A stretch of DNA of 30,381 nt, filler included, from an uncultured Methanosarcinales archaeon (GTDB lineage: Archaea > Nanobdellota > Nanobdellia > Woesearchaeales > CAXGTL01), in assembly GCA_964535955.1 (NCBI GenBank). It is 7 parts of 7 records of this genome, joined end to end, with 100 filler letters (N's around TTAATTAATTAA, not from the genome) between each part and the next. Parts side by side here need not be neighbours in the genome. Positions count along the whole stretch, not along the records: positions 13,052 to 17,524 come from CAZHVK010000026.1; positions 17,625 to 21,895 come from CAZHVK010000027.1; positions 21,996 to 25,085 come from CAZHVK010000028.1; 4 more parts are not named here. One strand, written 5' to 3'. Shown here in pieces: positions 15,769-25,185 of the stretch. The stretch's first letter is position 1. Every line of letters begins with the position of its first letter. Both the position numbers and the translations under genes were made by a program. The notes below the pieces were generated by a model. That model worked only from the letters and a program-made list of their open reading frames with translations. It was not told the origin of the DNA and did not search any database.

Positions 15769-16666
15769 CTTTTTTAGTAACAGACATAAAGTAGCTTGTA
15801 TATAAAGATTCTGGTTTAAACTTCAGCTTAAAATTAAGATTAGCTTTTGAGTCAGACCCCCCCATATCAACATAATCTACTTTAAGAAGCTTTATACAGT
15901 TAAAATCATCTATATAAGCTGTTTCTCCTAAATATTTGTATTTATAATTATGTACACCGATTGCAGAATAATAATTATTTGTGTTAGGTATCCTCCACCC
16001 AGCTGTAATAGAACAAGGTACATTGTCCACTGAGATTATACGAACTATATCACAGCCTTTGAAATCATTCTTAACAAAGTTTTTAAAACATTTTGTCCAT
16101 TCATTCTTGATTTCTGATGTGTCTAATAATGTCCATTCATCTATTAATTGGAATAATTGTTCTTTTGTATATGGTCCTGGTCCTGTAATTTTAACTTTAT
16201 TGTTTTTCATAAAAGAATTTCTAGCATTTCTCATCTTTTTCCAGTCTTTGCCTGGTAAAGTAGGATCCCACTTCTTCATGTTAAAGATTGGTGCTGTGAA
16301 TGTTCTTCTTGGTGCTTTGACAATATATTTATCACCAACTTTACTAATCAAATCATTACGATACTTTGAGTTAAATGTTACTAATACTTCATCTACTTTA
16401 TAATTTTGATGAACAAAGTCTAAGAATTTGATAAAAAGATCAACTTGTTCTTGTTTAGGTGAAAGAATATCAGATATTAGTTCAATATCACCATCATCAT
16501 GCTTGAGAAATATTATCCCCTTACCTTCACATTCCCAAAGTAATACTTCAGAAGTATCATCTTTCATATTCACCATATACCAATAATTATGTTCAGGTGC
16601 ATAGCCGTGTGTGGAGATAAGGTTTTCTACTAATTCTTTGTTGTTTATTAGATTATAAACTTGCAT
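15758..16666 (-). CDS. DUF2156 / phosphatidylglycerol lysyltransferase C-terminal-like (FemX/GNAT-fold) protein
   Basis: LPGKDWKKMRNARNSF, LIDEW, YVDMGGS...LNFKLKFKP match the general DUF2156 pattern. Confidence 0.7.
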   Translation of the reverse strand: MQVYNLINNKELVENLISTHGYAPEHNYWYMVNMKDDTSEVLLWECEGKGIIFLKHDDGDIELISDILSPKQEQVDLFIKFLDFVHQNYKVDEVLVTFNSKYRNDLISKVGDKYIVKAPRRTFTAPIFNMKKWDPTLPGKDWKKMRNARNSFMKNNKVKITGPGPYTKEQLFQLIDEWTLLDTSEIKNEWTKCFKNFVKNDFKGCDIVRIISVDNVPCSITAGWRIPNTNNYYSAIGVHNYKYKYLGETAYIDDFNCIKLLKVDYVDMGGSDSKANLNFKLKFKPESLYTSYFMSVTKKEAL

Positions 16667-16702
16667 AAAGAAGTGGTAGGTGGAAGTAATTTATATTTAT
16701 TT

Positions 16703-17524
16703 CTATTTCTTGAACTTGGCAGCATGACCTTGTCCAAAATAGATTGTAACAGGAATCTTGTACTTTTTTGATAATTGTTTGATCTTAACAGCAGCTTTAT
16801 TATAAAAATCATTGAATTCATCCTTATCAAACAATATTTTGTTCATCTTTTGTAAGATGTCAGGATAATGTTTTTTTAAGATCTTTTCAACATTAGTATA
16901 ATTACCACCAATTGTGTTAAGACTTTCAGAAAACACTTTAGAAACACCTATTTTTTTAAATTTTTTGAACAATGCTTCTGCATCTGTGAAAAAAGGCCAG
17001 TATGGACCCATCATAACAAACACTTTTATTTTATTTTCAACTAATTTCTTAGCAGCAGATAATCTTTGATTTGTTGTAGATGAATTCGGTTCAACTAGTT
17101 TTTGCCACTTAGAGTCAAGAGAATTAATAGTAAAATTAATATCAATATCTTTTATTTGTTTAAGTAAATCAATGTCACGCAAAACCAAGTCAGACTTTGT
17201 TAATATAGACACTTTATAATCCTTTAATAGGTGGAGCAATTTTCTCATTAATTTATATTCTTTTTCTACTGGTTGATATGGGTCTGTAACAGTTCCTATA
17301 AAGATTACATCTTTTTTATATTTCAATGATTTGAGTTGTTTTTCAAGCATTTCAGAAATATTAATCTTTACATCAACAAATGATCCCCATTCTTCATTAT
17401 GCTTTGTAAACCTTTTCATAAATCTAGCATAACAATATTTACAATCATGTTCACAACCAATATAAGGGTTTATTGCAAATCCACCACCAGGAAAACCGCA
17501 TTTACCTATTGCTGATTTACATTG
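16703..17524 (-). CDS. Radical SAM protein, SplB-like/COG1533 family; 5' truncated by contig end
   Basis: Frame stays open upstream of the ORF-track Met: QCKSAIGKCGFPGGGFAINPYIGCEHDCKYCYARFMKR (CX3CX2C); also TDPYQPVE and ILTKSDLVLRDIDLL. Confidence 0.9.
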   Translation of the reverse strand, partial: QCKSAIGKCGFPGGGFAINPYIGCEHDCKYCYARFMKRFTKHNEEWGSFVDVKINISEMLEKQLKSLKYKKDVIFIGTVTDPYQPVEKEYKLMRKLLHLLKDYKVSILTKSDLVLRDIDLLKQIKDIDINFTINSLDSKWQKLVEPNSSTTNQRLSAAKKLVENKIKVFVMMGPYWPFFTDAEALFKKFKKIGVSKVFSESLNTIGGNYTNVEKILKKHYPDILQKMNKILFDKDEFNDFYNKAAVKIKQLSKKYKIPVTIYFGQGHAAKFKK

Positions 17525-17624
17525 NNNNNNNNNNNNNNNNNNNNNNNNNNNNNNNNNNNNNNNNNNNNTTAATTAATTAANNNNNNNNNNNNNNNNNNNN
17601 NNNNNNNNNNNNNNNNNNNNNNNN
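17525..17624. other. Artificial contig linker
   Basis: N44-TTAATTAATTAA-N44. Confidence 0.98.
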
Positions 17625-17679
17625 AGCCCGTGAAAGGGTGGAATCATATGTTTTTATTTTGTGTGAAAAAATTGTTTCG
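17625..17679. repeat. 55-nt contig-start sequence, exact reverse complement of 7379-7433
   Basis: Direct comparison. Confidence 0.95.
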
Positions 17680-17761
17680 TGAAGTGTGAATGTTTTCGTG
17701 AAAAGTAAATATAATTTATTTAAGCAAACATTTATAAAATATTAAATATAAATTAAATAGT

Positions 17762-18835
17762 ATGAAAAGAAAAATAATGCTCTTGATATTATTTTGTATA
17801 ATAAGCCTATCTTTATTTGGTTGTTCTGAAAATAATTTTAACAAATATCAACAGGAGATTCAAGAAAATCCCTCTTTTTGCAATACTTTTATAGGTGAAG
17901 AAAAAGACCTTTGTTATTCTTTTGCAGCAGGAATCAGATTTGAGCCTCAATTATGTGATAATGTTCTCTCTGAAGAAACAAAAAAAGAGTGCTATTTTGA
18001 AGTTGGTGGAATGTCTGGATTTAAATTAGAAGATTGTACTAAATTATCAAATGATGTTCAGAAGGAAAGATGTTATTTTGATGTTGCTGAGTCAATTACT
18101 CCTGAGAGTGATATAACCATTTGTGAACAATGGCCCGAAGAATGGAATTATATTTGTTATACTTATTTTGCTAAAACAAAATATGAAGTTCCTATATGTG
18201 ATAACTATGTTTCTAATGAAATTAAGTTAGAATATGATGAGCAAGATTACATTACATTAAGAGAATCATGCTATGAAGCAATTGCCATAACCAATTCAAA
18301 CCCAAATCTTTGTAAATTTGATGAATGTTCTAATCAGATTGCAATTTCAACACAAGATTTAAGCCTATGCAAGAATCAAGATTGTTATTCTAGTTATGCT
18401 ATAAAATTTAATGATATAGATGCTTGTAAATTAATAAAAGATGAATCTTTAAGAAATAGTTGTTATGTTCAGGTTGCAGAAAACACAAATAACATAAAAA
18501 TATGTAAAAATGTTTATGTTACAGAAGAACCTTTTAAACAGGAATGCTGGACAGATGAAAAAGGTAGAGAACATTGCACATTAGAATCAACATCATATTT
18601 AGATAAAACAGAAGAGTATAAAGTAACTAATTGTTATTTAAGGATTGCAACAGATGATCCTGATAAGTGTCAGGATGTTGCAGATGATTCTGTGAAATTG
18701 ATGAATGAATGTTATTATAGAGTTTCTAAAAATATTAATAATCTTAAATTATGTAAAAATATAGTTATTCCTGAAATTGATGAAGTTACATGTGAAGATT
18801 ATGTTAAACATTATGGATTGGTTTTAACTGAATAA
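17762..18835 (+). CDS. Secreted/lipid-anchored Cys-rich helical repeat protein
   Basis: Signal peptide ending in lipobox-like SLFGC; about ten repeats of C-x(3-9)-CY-x3-A. Confidence 0.85.
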   Translation: MKRKIMLLILFCIISLSLFGCSENNFNKYQQEIQENPSFCNTFIGEEKDLCYSFAAGIRFEPQLCDNVLSEETKKECYFEVGGMSGFKLEDCTKLSNDVQKERCYFDVAESITPESDITICEQWPEEWNYICYTYFAKTKYEVPICDNYVSNEIKLEYDEQDYITLRESCYEAIAITNSNPNLCKFDECSNQIAISTQDLSLCKNQDCYSSYAIKFNDIDACKLIKDESLRNSCYVQVAENTNNIKICKNVYVTEEPFKQECWTDEKGREHCTLESTSYLDKTEEYKVTNCYLRIATDDPDKCQDVADDSVKLMNECYYRVSKNINNLKLCKNIVIPEIDEVTCEDYVKHYGLVLTE

Positions 18836-18843
18836 ATTTAGAA

Positions 18844-21603
18844 TTATTTTGATTCTGCAATAAGATTATACTCCCATGAATTCTTAAAATTAGGCAGTTT
18901 TATTTCAATAGTATAATTTAACTCTGTTATATGAATTGGTTTTTCAGGATTAACTGGGTTTGATCTCTTATAGTAATAATTTCCATAATCATTTATTTTA
19001 AAACTTGATGAAATGGTATTTGATTCAATGTTAGAGTTAGGTTCCTCATATTTAATATGGATTACATCATCTAAAACAAGGTCTGTAAACAACTGCAATC
19101 TATTATTTTGAGAATCAGACACACCAAATTCAATATAAATCCTATCTTCATTGTCAAAATTGTAAAGATGACCATTAATTAATTCTAAGTTCACTTGATT
19201 AAGATTCTGTTTGTTATAATTCCATTGTTTGATAGTTTCTATATGTTTTTTAATTTGTTCTCCACCAGTAGGGCCATAACCTCTACCAAATATTTGATCA
19301 TTGGTTATATTTGGTTGCCCAGCAGCCATAATATTATAATCATATGCTCTAAAAAAAGGTAACCCAACTAACCAACAGTTAGTTTCTCCAATACAATTAA
19401 GTCCAAAGTCACACCCATAAGGATCATTATTAATGCCTTTCTCATTTAACATTTCAGTAAATGAAGCTAAACAATTATTTGCATCTCCTCTTGTTTTGGT
19501 TTGGTTTGATAAAAGACAATCTTTATAATTAATATATTCTTCATAACATTGAGAATTTGTATTAATTTGTCCAGAACACCATTTAGGACAACCTTCAATA
19601 TCCCAATTAGCTGGCAAATTAGAATTATCATTAAACCAACTTTCCGTAATGTTAACACTATCTTCATATTCATTACTTTCTATAAATGATTTTCCATACC
19701 CTTCATCTAATGCACCTAAAGAATGTCCTATCTCATGTAAACCTGTTTGTAATTCATTTAAATATCCTGACTTATAAGGTTGGGCCCAAACATTGCCTCC
19801 TATCTTAGAAACAGTTTTAGAATAACCTTCCGTACCAAATCCGATGTTAAGAGGACCTATGGTAATTATTTGATAAATATTTTCAGAAAGCACAGGGCAT
19901 TTTTCTTTTAAAATATCTTTGATTGCATCCCCTCTACCATAACCTTCTTCTCCTATTTTAGAACTATTTAAGTAATCATATTCTTCCAAATAAAAGAAGT
20001 TAATATCATTCTTATGTTCATTAAAAGGATATACTGAAAAAAAGGAATATTCTTGATTATCATCAAAAAATGTACTTAAATAGCTTATTGACTCTTCTTC
20101 TTCATCTTTTAATTCTAAACCAGGAATAAGAACAAAATTAATATTATCTTTTACGTCCCCCCCATAAAATATAGATTTACAACTACCAAAATCATGATTA
20201 ATCTCAGATTCTTCATCTTCTTCAACCAACTCAAACTCTTTTTCATCTAAAACATTTATTTCATTAAGCAGCACATTCTCAAAAACAAATTTCACATTAT
20301 AAGTTCCAAATTCAAGATCATCAATTTGTCCATTTATTTCCAAAGGACATATGCATTTACTGATAGATTCTGCGTCTAATATCTCTCTAACTTCAATGTT
20401 ATTGCCAGAGATTTTATATTGTAAGATCATATCACCTTCTGCTCCACAATAAGTATTGAGTGTCTGATGGAATCTAATTGAGTTTCTTTGTTGTGATAAC
20501 TGTATAGAATTCATAGCTTTTGATAATGAACTTGTACAGCCTTTAAAATTATAATCAAAATAAATTTCATCTTCTTCAGTATTTTCACAATTAGTCTCCC
20601 ATTTTTCACACAATAATTCATTACCTACATTGCATTCTTCTAGATATTCCTCACAATCCTCTGCAGTTGCACCTTCTGTTCCTCTGATAATATCTTTCTC
20701 TTTGACTAAAAAGCTCCACCATGGTTTATCTATATTTTCAATATCACCATCCTCAGCATCAATGATTATTTTAACGGGCATTTCAATTTCAAATAATCCT
20801 AAAATTTTTCCTAATTTTTTACCTTCAATCTCATAGCTAGGTTTTCCAGTATCTTTAAGTTCAATCTTAACATCTTTATTCATCTTAAGTTTTTCAATTG
20901 CCGTCTCAGAAGCAGTATTAGGCATAATTTTAATCTCTTTATTGTTCACATAAATTTTATCATCTTTGATCTCAACTTCTTCTATTGTTTCAGCGATAAT
21001 ATCCTGTCCTTGACAATTTACCTCATATTTAACGCATAGTATCTCATTGCCATTTTTGCATTCTTTTCGATATCCACCACAATCTTTTTTAGTTGCACCT
21101 ATAATAGAGATAACATTTTTCTCCCCTTTAGATTTAATATTTACATTACTTTCTTTTTCAGGACCGTGTTCGACTGCTACAATCTGTTTAGTATTATTTA
21201 TTTGATTATTTTCATAATCCTTTTTTTCTTCATTTTCCTGCTTTGCTTCATTTTCATCAACTGTAATTTCTTTAGTATTAGTATCTACATTTTCTATAGT
21301 ATTTACTTGATCTTTTTTATCTTCTTCTTGTTCTTGATCTTCCTTTGTTTTTGTCTCATTATTCTCTATTTGAATTACTTGGTTTTCTTTTTCTTTATTT
21401 TCATATTGAAGTTTATTATTATCATTAATAACTAATTCTTTGGTATTATCTGTTTTAGCATCATCAATAGGAACAACTTTATCTTCATTTATTTCTTGTT
21501 CAGAACTAGTGGTTATTTCCTTAGTAAGCTCAGAAGCGCTAACAAAATTAAAAATAATTAAACTAATCATAAGAATAATTAATATAACACCAAATTTTTT
21601 CAT
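18844..21603 (-). CDS. Large secreted multidomain zincin metallopeptidase (M64-like)
   Basis: Signal peptide MKKFGVILIILMISLIIFNFVSA (ATG 21603), acidic linker, two 4-Cys modules, DNINFVLIP...YPFNEHKNDINF, HEIGHSLGALDE, NIM Met-turn. Confidence 0.8.
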   Translation of the reverse strand: MKKFGVILIILMISLIIFNFVSASELTKEITTSSEQEINEDKVVPIDDAKTDNTKELVINDNNKLQYENKEKENQVIQIENNETKTKEDQEQEEDKKDQVNTIENVDTNTKEITVDENEAKQENEEKKDYENNQINNTKQIVAVEHGPEKESNVNIKSKGEKNVISIIGATKKDCGGYRKECKNGNEILCVKYEVNCQGQDIIAETIEEVEIKDDKIYVNNKEIKIMPNTASETAIEKLKMNKDVKIELKDTGKPSYEIEGKKLGKILGLFEIEMPVKIIIDAEDGDIENIDKPWWSFLVKEKDIIRGTEGATAEDCEEYLEECNVGNELLCEKWETNCENTEEDEIYFDYNFKGCTSSLSKAMNSIQLSQQRNSIRFHQTLNTYCGAEGDMILQYKISGNNIEVREILDAESISKCICPLEINGQIDDLEFGTYNVKFVFENVLLNEINVLDEKEFELVEEDEESEINHDFGSCKSIFYGGDVKDNINFVLIPGLELKDEEEESISYLSTFFDDNQEYSFFSVYPFNEHKNDINFFYLEEYDYLNSSKIGEEGYGRGDAIKDILKEKCPVLSENIYQIITIGPLNIGFGTEGYSKTVSKIGGNVWAQPYKSGYLNELQTGLHEIGHSLGALDEGYGKSFIESNEYEDSVNITESWFNDNSNLPANWDIEGCPKWCSGQINTNSQCYEEYINYKDCLLSNQTKTRGDANNCLASFTEMLNEKGINNDPYGCDFGLNCIGETNCWLVGLPFFRAYDYNIMAAGQPNITNDQIFGRGYGPTGGEQIKKHIETIKQWNYNKQNLNQVNLELINGHLYNFDNEDRIYIEFGVSDSQNNRLQLFTDLVLDDVIHIKYEEPNSNIESNTISSSFKINDYGNYYYKRSNPVNPEKPIHITELNYTIEIKLPNFKNSWEYNLIAESK

Positions 21604-21895
21604 ATCAATCTCAATAATCCTTTTATAATTTATAAAGTTATTGGTCAATCAAAAAAAAGCTCAAAACTTAACCTTTTCTTGACAAGATTTATATATCTCC
21701 TAAGACAACCTAATAGCTGTTACAGGCGCTTAAACACCTAAAAAGTGCAGGTAAGCTGAATTGAGCCAAGATTCCAAAATCAGGCTTTCGCAGAATATGG
21801 CGATGAGTTTTACGAAAAAATGGCACTGTCGCCCAGATTCTTTGCGGAGAGATTAATCACTACTTATGGGTGGTCACTTTTCCGAAACATTTATA

Positions 21896-21995
21896 NNNNN
21901 NNNNNNNNNNNNNNNNNNNNNNNNNNNNNNNNNNNNNNNTTAATTAATTAANNNNNNNNNNNNNNNNNNNNNNNNNNNNNNNNNNNNNNNNNNNN
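21896..21995. other. Artificial contig linker
   Basis: N44-TTAATTAATTAA-N44. Confidence 0.98.
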
Positions 21996-22404
21996 ATTTT
22001 TTTGATAATGTTATGTGGTATTCGAATGATGGTTTTGTTTTGATTTCAAAGTTTCTTGTTTCTGTGAATGTGTAAGGTTCTTTTATTGAAACTGATGCTG
22101 TACATGTTCCTGGTTCAAAATCTTCATCAAGTATTCCAAAAGAATATGAATCATAAAATGGTTGATCTTTTTTTAATTTTGCTTGTTTAAGCTCTAATAA
22201 TGCTTGAGGTGCATCAGGACAATTAACACTTGATGTGTATTTTATTGATTCATCTTCATATGAAATCATTCTAAATGCAAATTCTATTTCATCTCCTTCA
22301 TAAAAAACCGGGTCAATATTTATGTAAATCTGCGGTGCACTGATTACAAAGCAGCTTAATAATATGAAGATTATTGTTATTGTTATGTTTTTTAGTATTT
22401 CCAT
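21996..22404 (-). CDS. Secreted beta-sandwich-like hypothetical protein, 3' truncated
   Basis: Signal peptide (ITIIFILLSCFVISA); RBS AAGGTGA upstream; overlaps the stop of the upstream gene. Confidence 0.8.
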
Positions 22405-25085
22405 GGTAACTCACCTTCTAGTTTATATTCAGGATTTGGATTAAAAGTGGGATCGCCGATAAAAGTAGTCATAAAATTAAAAGGATTATAATCATAACTT
22501 TTTGCAAAAGCCTGCCCTAAATCTAAATCAGAATAATAAATCCCCTCCATTATATGTTTATAATCTTTGTTACCTGACCAAGCAATAGAGATTGCTCCAA
22601 AATGACCTAGCCCTCCTTTTCGAATAACAGTATTACAAAATGAGCTAGAGTCATAAGTAGAACATGTTGAACAAGCAGCATTATAAACAATAGAATTGCT
22701 TAACCAAGGAATTTTGTTTGATGTAATCCCTGCCCAAGCAGAGGATCCATGGTCCATATATGAAATAAGTTCTTTATTTTTCCAAAGAGGTGGCCAACTA
22801 TTTCCATTTTTATTATCAATATCACACAAATAATTTTCAATTTCAGAAGGATTAAAAATTCCTCCATGATCTAATTCTGGTTGAATGCTACAATGTGTAT
22901 TATATCCTGCATTTGAAAAAGATTTTGACCATTTATCTGAATGCAACATCTTATATCTAGAAGAGCTTGCCATAAATTCCATATAATTAGTATCTAATAT
23001 ATTATCATAAAAAAGATCTCTTGCAACATAACCAGATACATCTGATAAACTTATTCCTTGGATTCTACCAACTGATAAATCTGGTTGTTTATCACTTAAA
23101 TAAAAATCACTATATTCTGAAGAATCTAATGACCTGTAATTACCATAACCCAAGAAACCCATAAATTCCCTAATTGGAATTGCATTAGGAGCTCCAATAA
23201 TAGTTAAATATCCATAAATATTATATTCATTATTCTCATTCAAAATATAGAACATATCATTTCCCAACACAAGAGGGTTTTTTGCATTTATATCATTACT
23301 TATTTTGTGTTTTTCTTTGGAATTAATATCATAAGAATAAATTGCAGTTGGTTCACAATCATCCTTAATACAAGTTTCGTAAGATTTACAATCCTTATCT
23401 GTTTCGCAAAGATTGTAATTCCTATTACAATATTTTTGACAATTGGAAGAATCAATACAAGAATTTTGTGAAAGTTCACAAGTTCTGTCCTCATCTTCAA
23501 ACCAAATAATATTTTTATTATTAAATGAAGTGTCTGAATAAAAATTATCTGTTATTAAAGATTCATCTTTAGTTGAAATGTCATAAAGATAAAGATTTTG
23601 CTCTCTGTTCAAAAGAACCTTATTATTAGAAATTTCTGCAAAATCAACATCTATAATTTGTTCTTTCTTATCTAAAGAAAGATCATATAAATAGAATTCT
23701 TGTTCATTATCATCTACTAATTCATATAAGACTTTATTACCTGAAAAGCCAAGGTTTCTGAAATTATTAGCAGTTGCAATACTTTTCTCTTGCTTAGAAT
23801 TTAAATCATAAGTATTTAGAGTAAAAGACTTAGTTACACAAAAATCAGAGTAACAACCATCCCATTCGTTTTCATTACAATCAGAATCAGATTGACAAGC
23901 AATTTTACTAAATGAACAAAACTTATTTTCTTTACAATCTTCATCACTAATGCAAACCTCTTCTGAGATTCTACAAACACTTTGTTCTGGTTTTATAAAA
24001 ACAAGTACATTGTCGTTAATCTTTACATTTTTACAACGTCCTTTATAAGAAAACAATTCTTTTTCTTTTTTCTCATCTAGATCATATAAATAAACTCTGC
24101 ATTTTGAATCGCCTCTAGAATAACCAGTATAAACAATTTGATTTTCATTGAAGTCAGTATTCAACCAATCATTCACTTCGAGTTCTAGCTGTTCTTTTGA
24201 ATTTGTTTCAACATTATAAAGATAAATCTTTTCTCTTTCATTGAATAATAAATTATTACCTAAAACAAACAAATTAGTAGCCCTATTAGAAAAAGTATAA
24301 ACTAGATAATCTTCCCCTGAATTAAGATCCTTTTTATATAATTTGGTTACAAAATGATTATCTTTAACCCCTTGTTCATTATTAATTAAATTAGGTGTGA
24401 AATCTTGTATTACTAACTTAAGATCTTTATCAATTTCTTTATATTCTTGTTTTGCAATCGGAAAAATGATCTCATGTTTTGCACTTGCTAAGATTGGTGC
24501 TGATAATGAAGTTTTTGTGTAAAGACTTTGAATAGGTTTAACTGATTTTTCTGGAATTAATTTTTCTGTAACCTTAAGATCTAAATCATTGGGATTAAGT
24601 AGGATTATTTTATCTGTTTTTGTCTTGTCTATGTATAATTTTTGTAATTGTTCTAATGTGTATTGTTCATAGCATTCTTTGTTGACTTTACCAATGCAAA
24701 TCAGATTCTTATCTATGAAAACATTATCATTATCTAGATTGGTGTTTTCAATTATCAAAGGTGCATTTATCAATGAAGCATATGTTGATGCTAATAATGC
24801 TGATTCATAATCATCTTCTACATAAACAACATCTTTATATGAATTCCAATATGAAAGATAATCATTAGTTTTTATTTTGTTTATTTGTTTTTCATTTAAA
24901 CCTGCGCCAAGTTCTGGTTCAGATGTCAATAAATTATTTAAGTCTTCAGGTGTTTGACCAATAATTGTTAGTTTATCAGTGGAATATTGTTGCATAAAAT
25001 ATATTGCTGAGTCTATGTCATAACTAGTTTCTTCCTCATGCCATATCAGCGTCGGATAAACACAAACATTATCAGGAGTTCCATA
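22392..25085 (-). CDS. Large extracellular peptidase C25 (gingipain-like) protein with beta-propeller and Cys-rich inserts; 5' truncated
   Basis: Frame open to the contig end (YGTPDNVCVYPTLIWHEEE...). C25-type motifs YLTIIGAPNAIP, PDLSVGRI, YMDHGS (His), NAACST (Cys), FIGDP. Repeated YLYDL/YLYDI propeller strands. Confidence 0.8.
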   Translation of the reverse strand, partial: YGTPDNVCVYPTLIWHEEETSYDIDSAIYFMQQYSTDKLTIIGQTPEDLNNLLTSEPELGAGLNEKQINKIKTNDYLSYWNSYKDVVYVEDDYESALLASTYASLINAPLIIENTNLDNDNVFIDKNLICIGKVNKECYEQYTLEQLQKLYIDKTKTDKIILLNPNDLDLKVTEKLIPEKSVKPIQSLYTKTSLSAPILASAKHEIIFPIAKQEYKEIDKDLKLVIQDFTPNLINNEQGVKDNHFVTKLYKKDLNSGEDYLVYTFSNRATNLFVLGNNLLFNEREKIYLYNVETNSKEQLELEVNDWLNTDFNENQIVYTGYSRGDSKCRVYLYDLDEKKEKELFSYKGRCKNVKINDNVLVFIKPEQSVCRISEEVCISDEDCKENKFCSFSKIACQSDSDCNENEWDGCYSDFCVTKSFTLNTYDLNSKQEKSIATANNFRNLGFSGNKVLYELVDDNEQEFYLYDLSLDKKEQIIDVDFAEISNNKVLLNREQNLYLYDISTKDESLITDNFYSDTSFNNKNIIWFEDEDRTCELSQNSCIDSSNCQKYCNRNYNLCETDKDCKSYETCIKDDCEPTAIYSYDINSKEKHKISNDINAKNPLVLGNDMFYILNENNEYNIYGYLTIIGAPNAIPIREFMGFLGYGNYRSLDSSEYSDFYLSDKQPDLSVGRIQGISLSDVSGYVARDLFYDNILDTNYMEFMASSSRYKMLHSDKWSKSFSNAGYNTHCSIQPELDHGGIFNPSEIENYLCDIDNKNGNSWPPLWKNKELISYMDHGSSAWAGITSNKIPWLSNSIVYNAACSTCSTYDSSSFCNTVIRKGGLGHFGAISIAWSGNKDYKHIMEGIYYSDLDLGQAFAKSYDYNPFNFMTTFIGDPTFNPNPEYKLEGELPWKY

Positions 25086-25185
25086 NNNNNNNNNNNNNNN
25101 NNNNNNNNNNNNNNNNNNNNNNNNNNNNNTTAATTAATTAANNNNNNNNNNNNNNNNNNNNNNNNNNNNNNNNNNNNNNNNNNNN
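25086..25185. other. Artificial contig linker
   Basis: N44-TTAATTAATTAA-N44. Confidence 0.98.

Noticed and set aside
21700..21895. SRP RNA or RNase P RNA
   Set aside because: Only short chance matches (GCGCCTGTAAC on minus); no SRP helix-8 motif and no GAGGAAAGTCC P4 motif.
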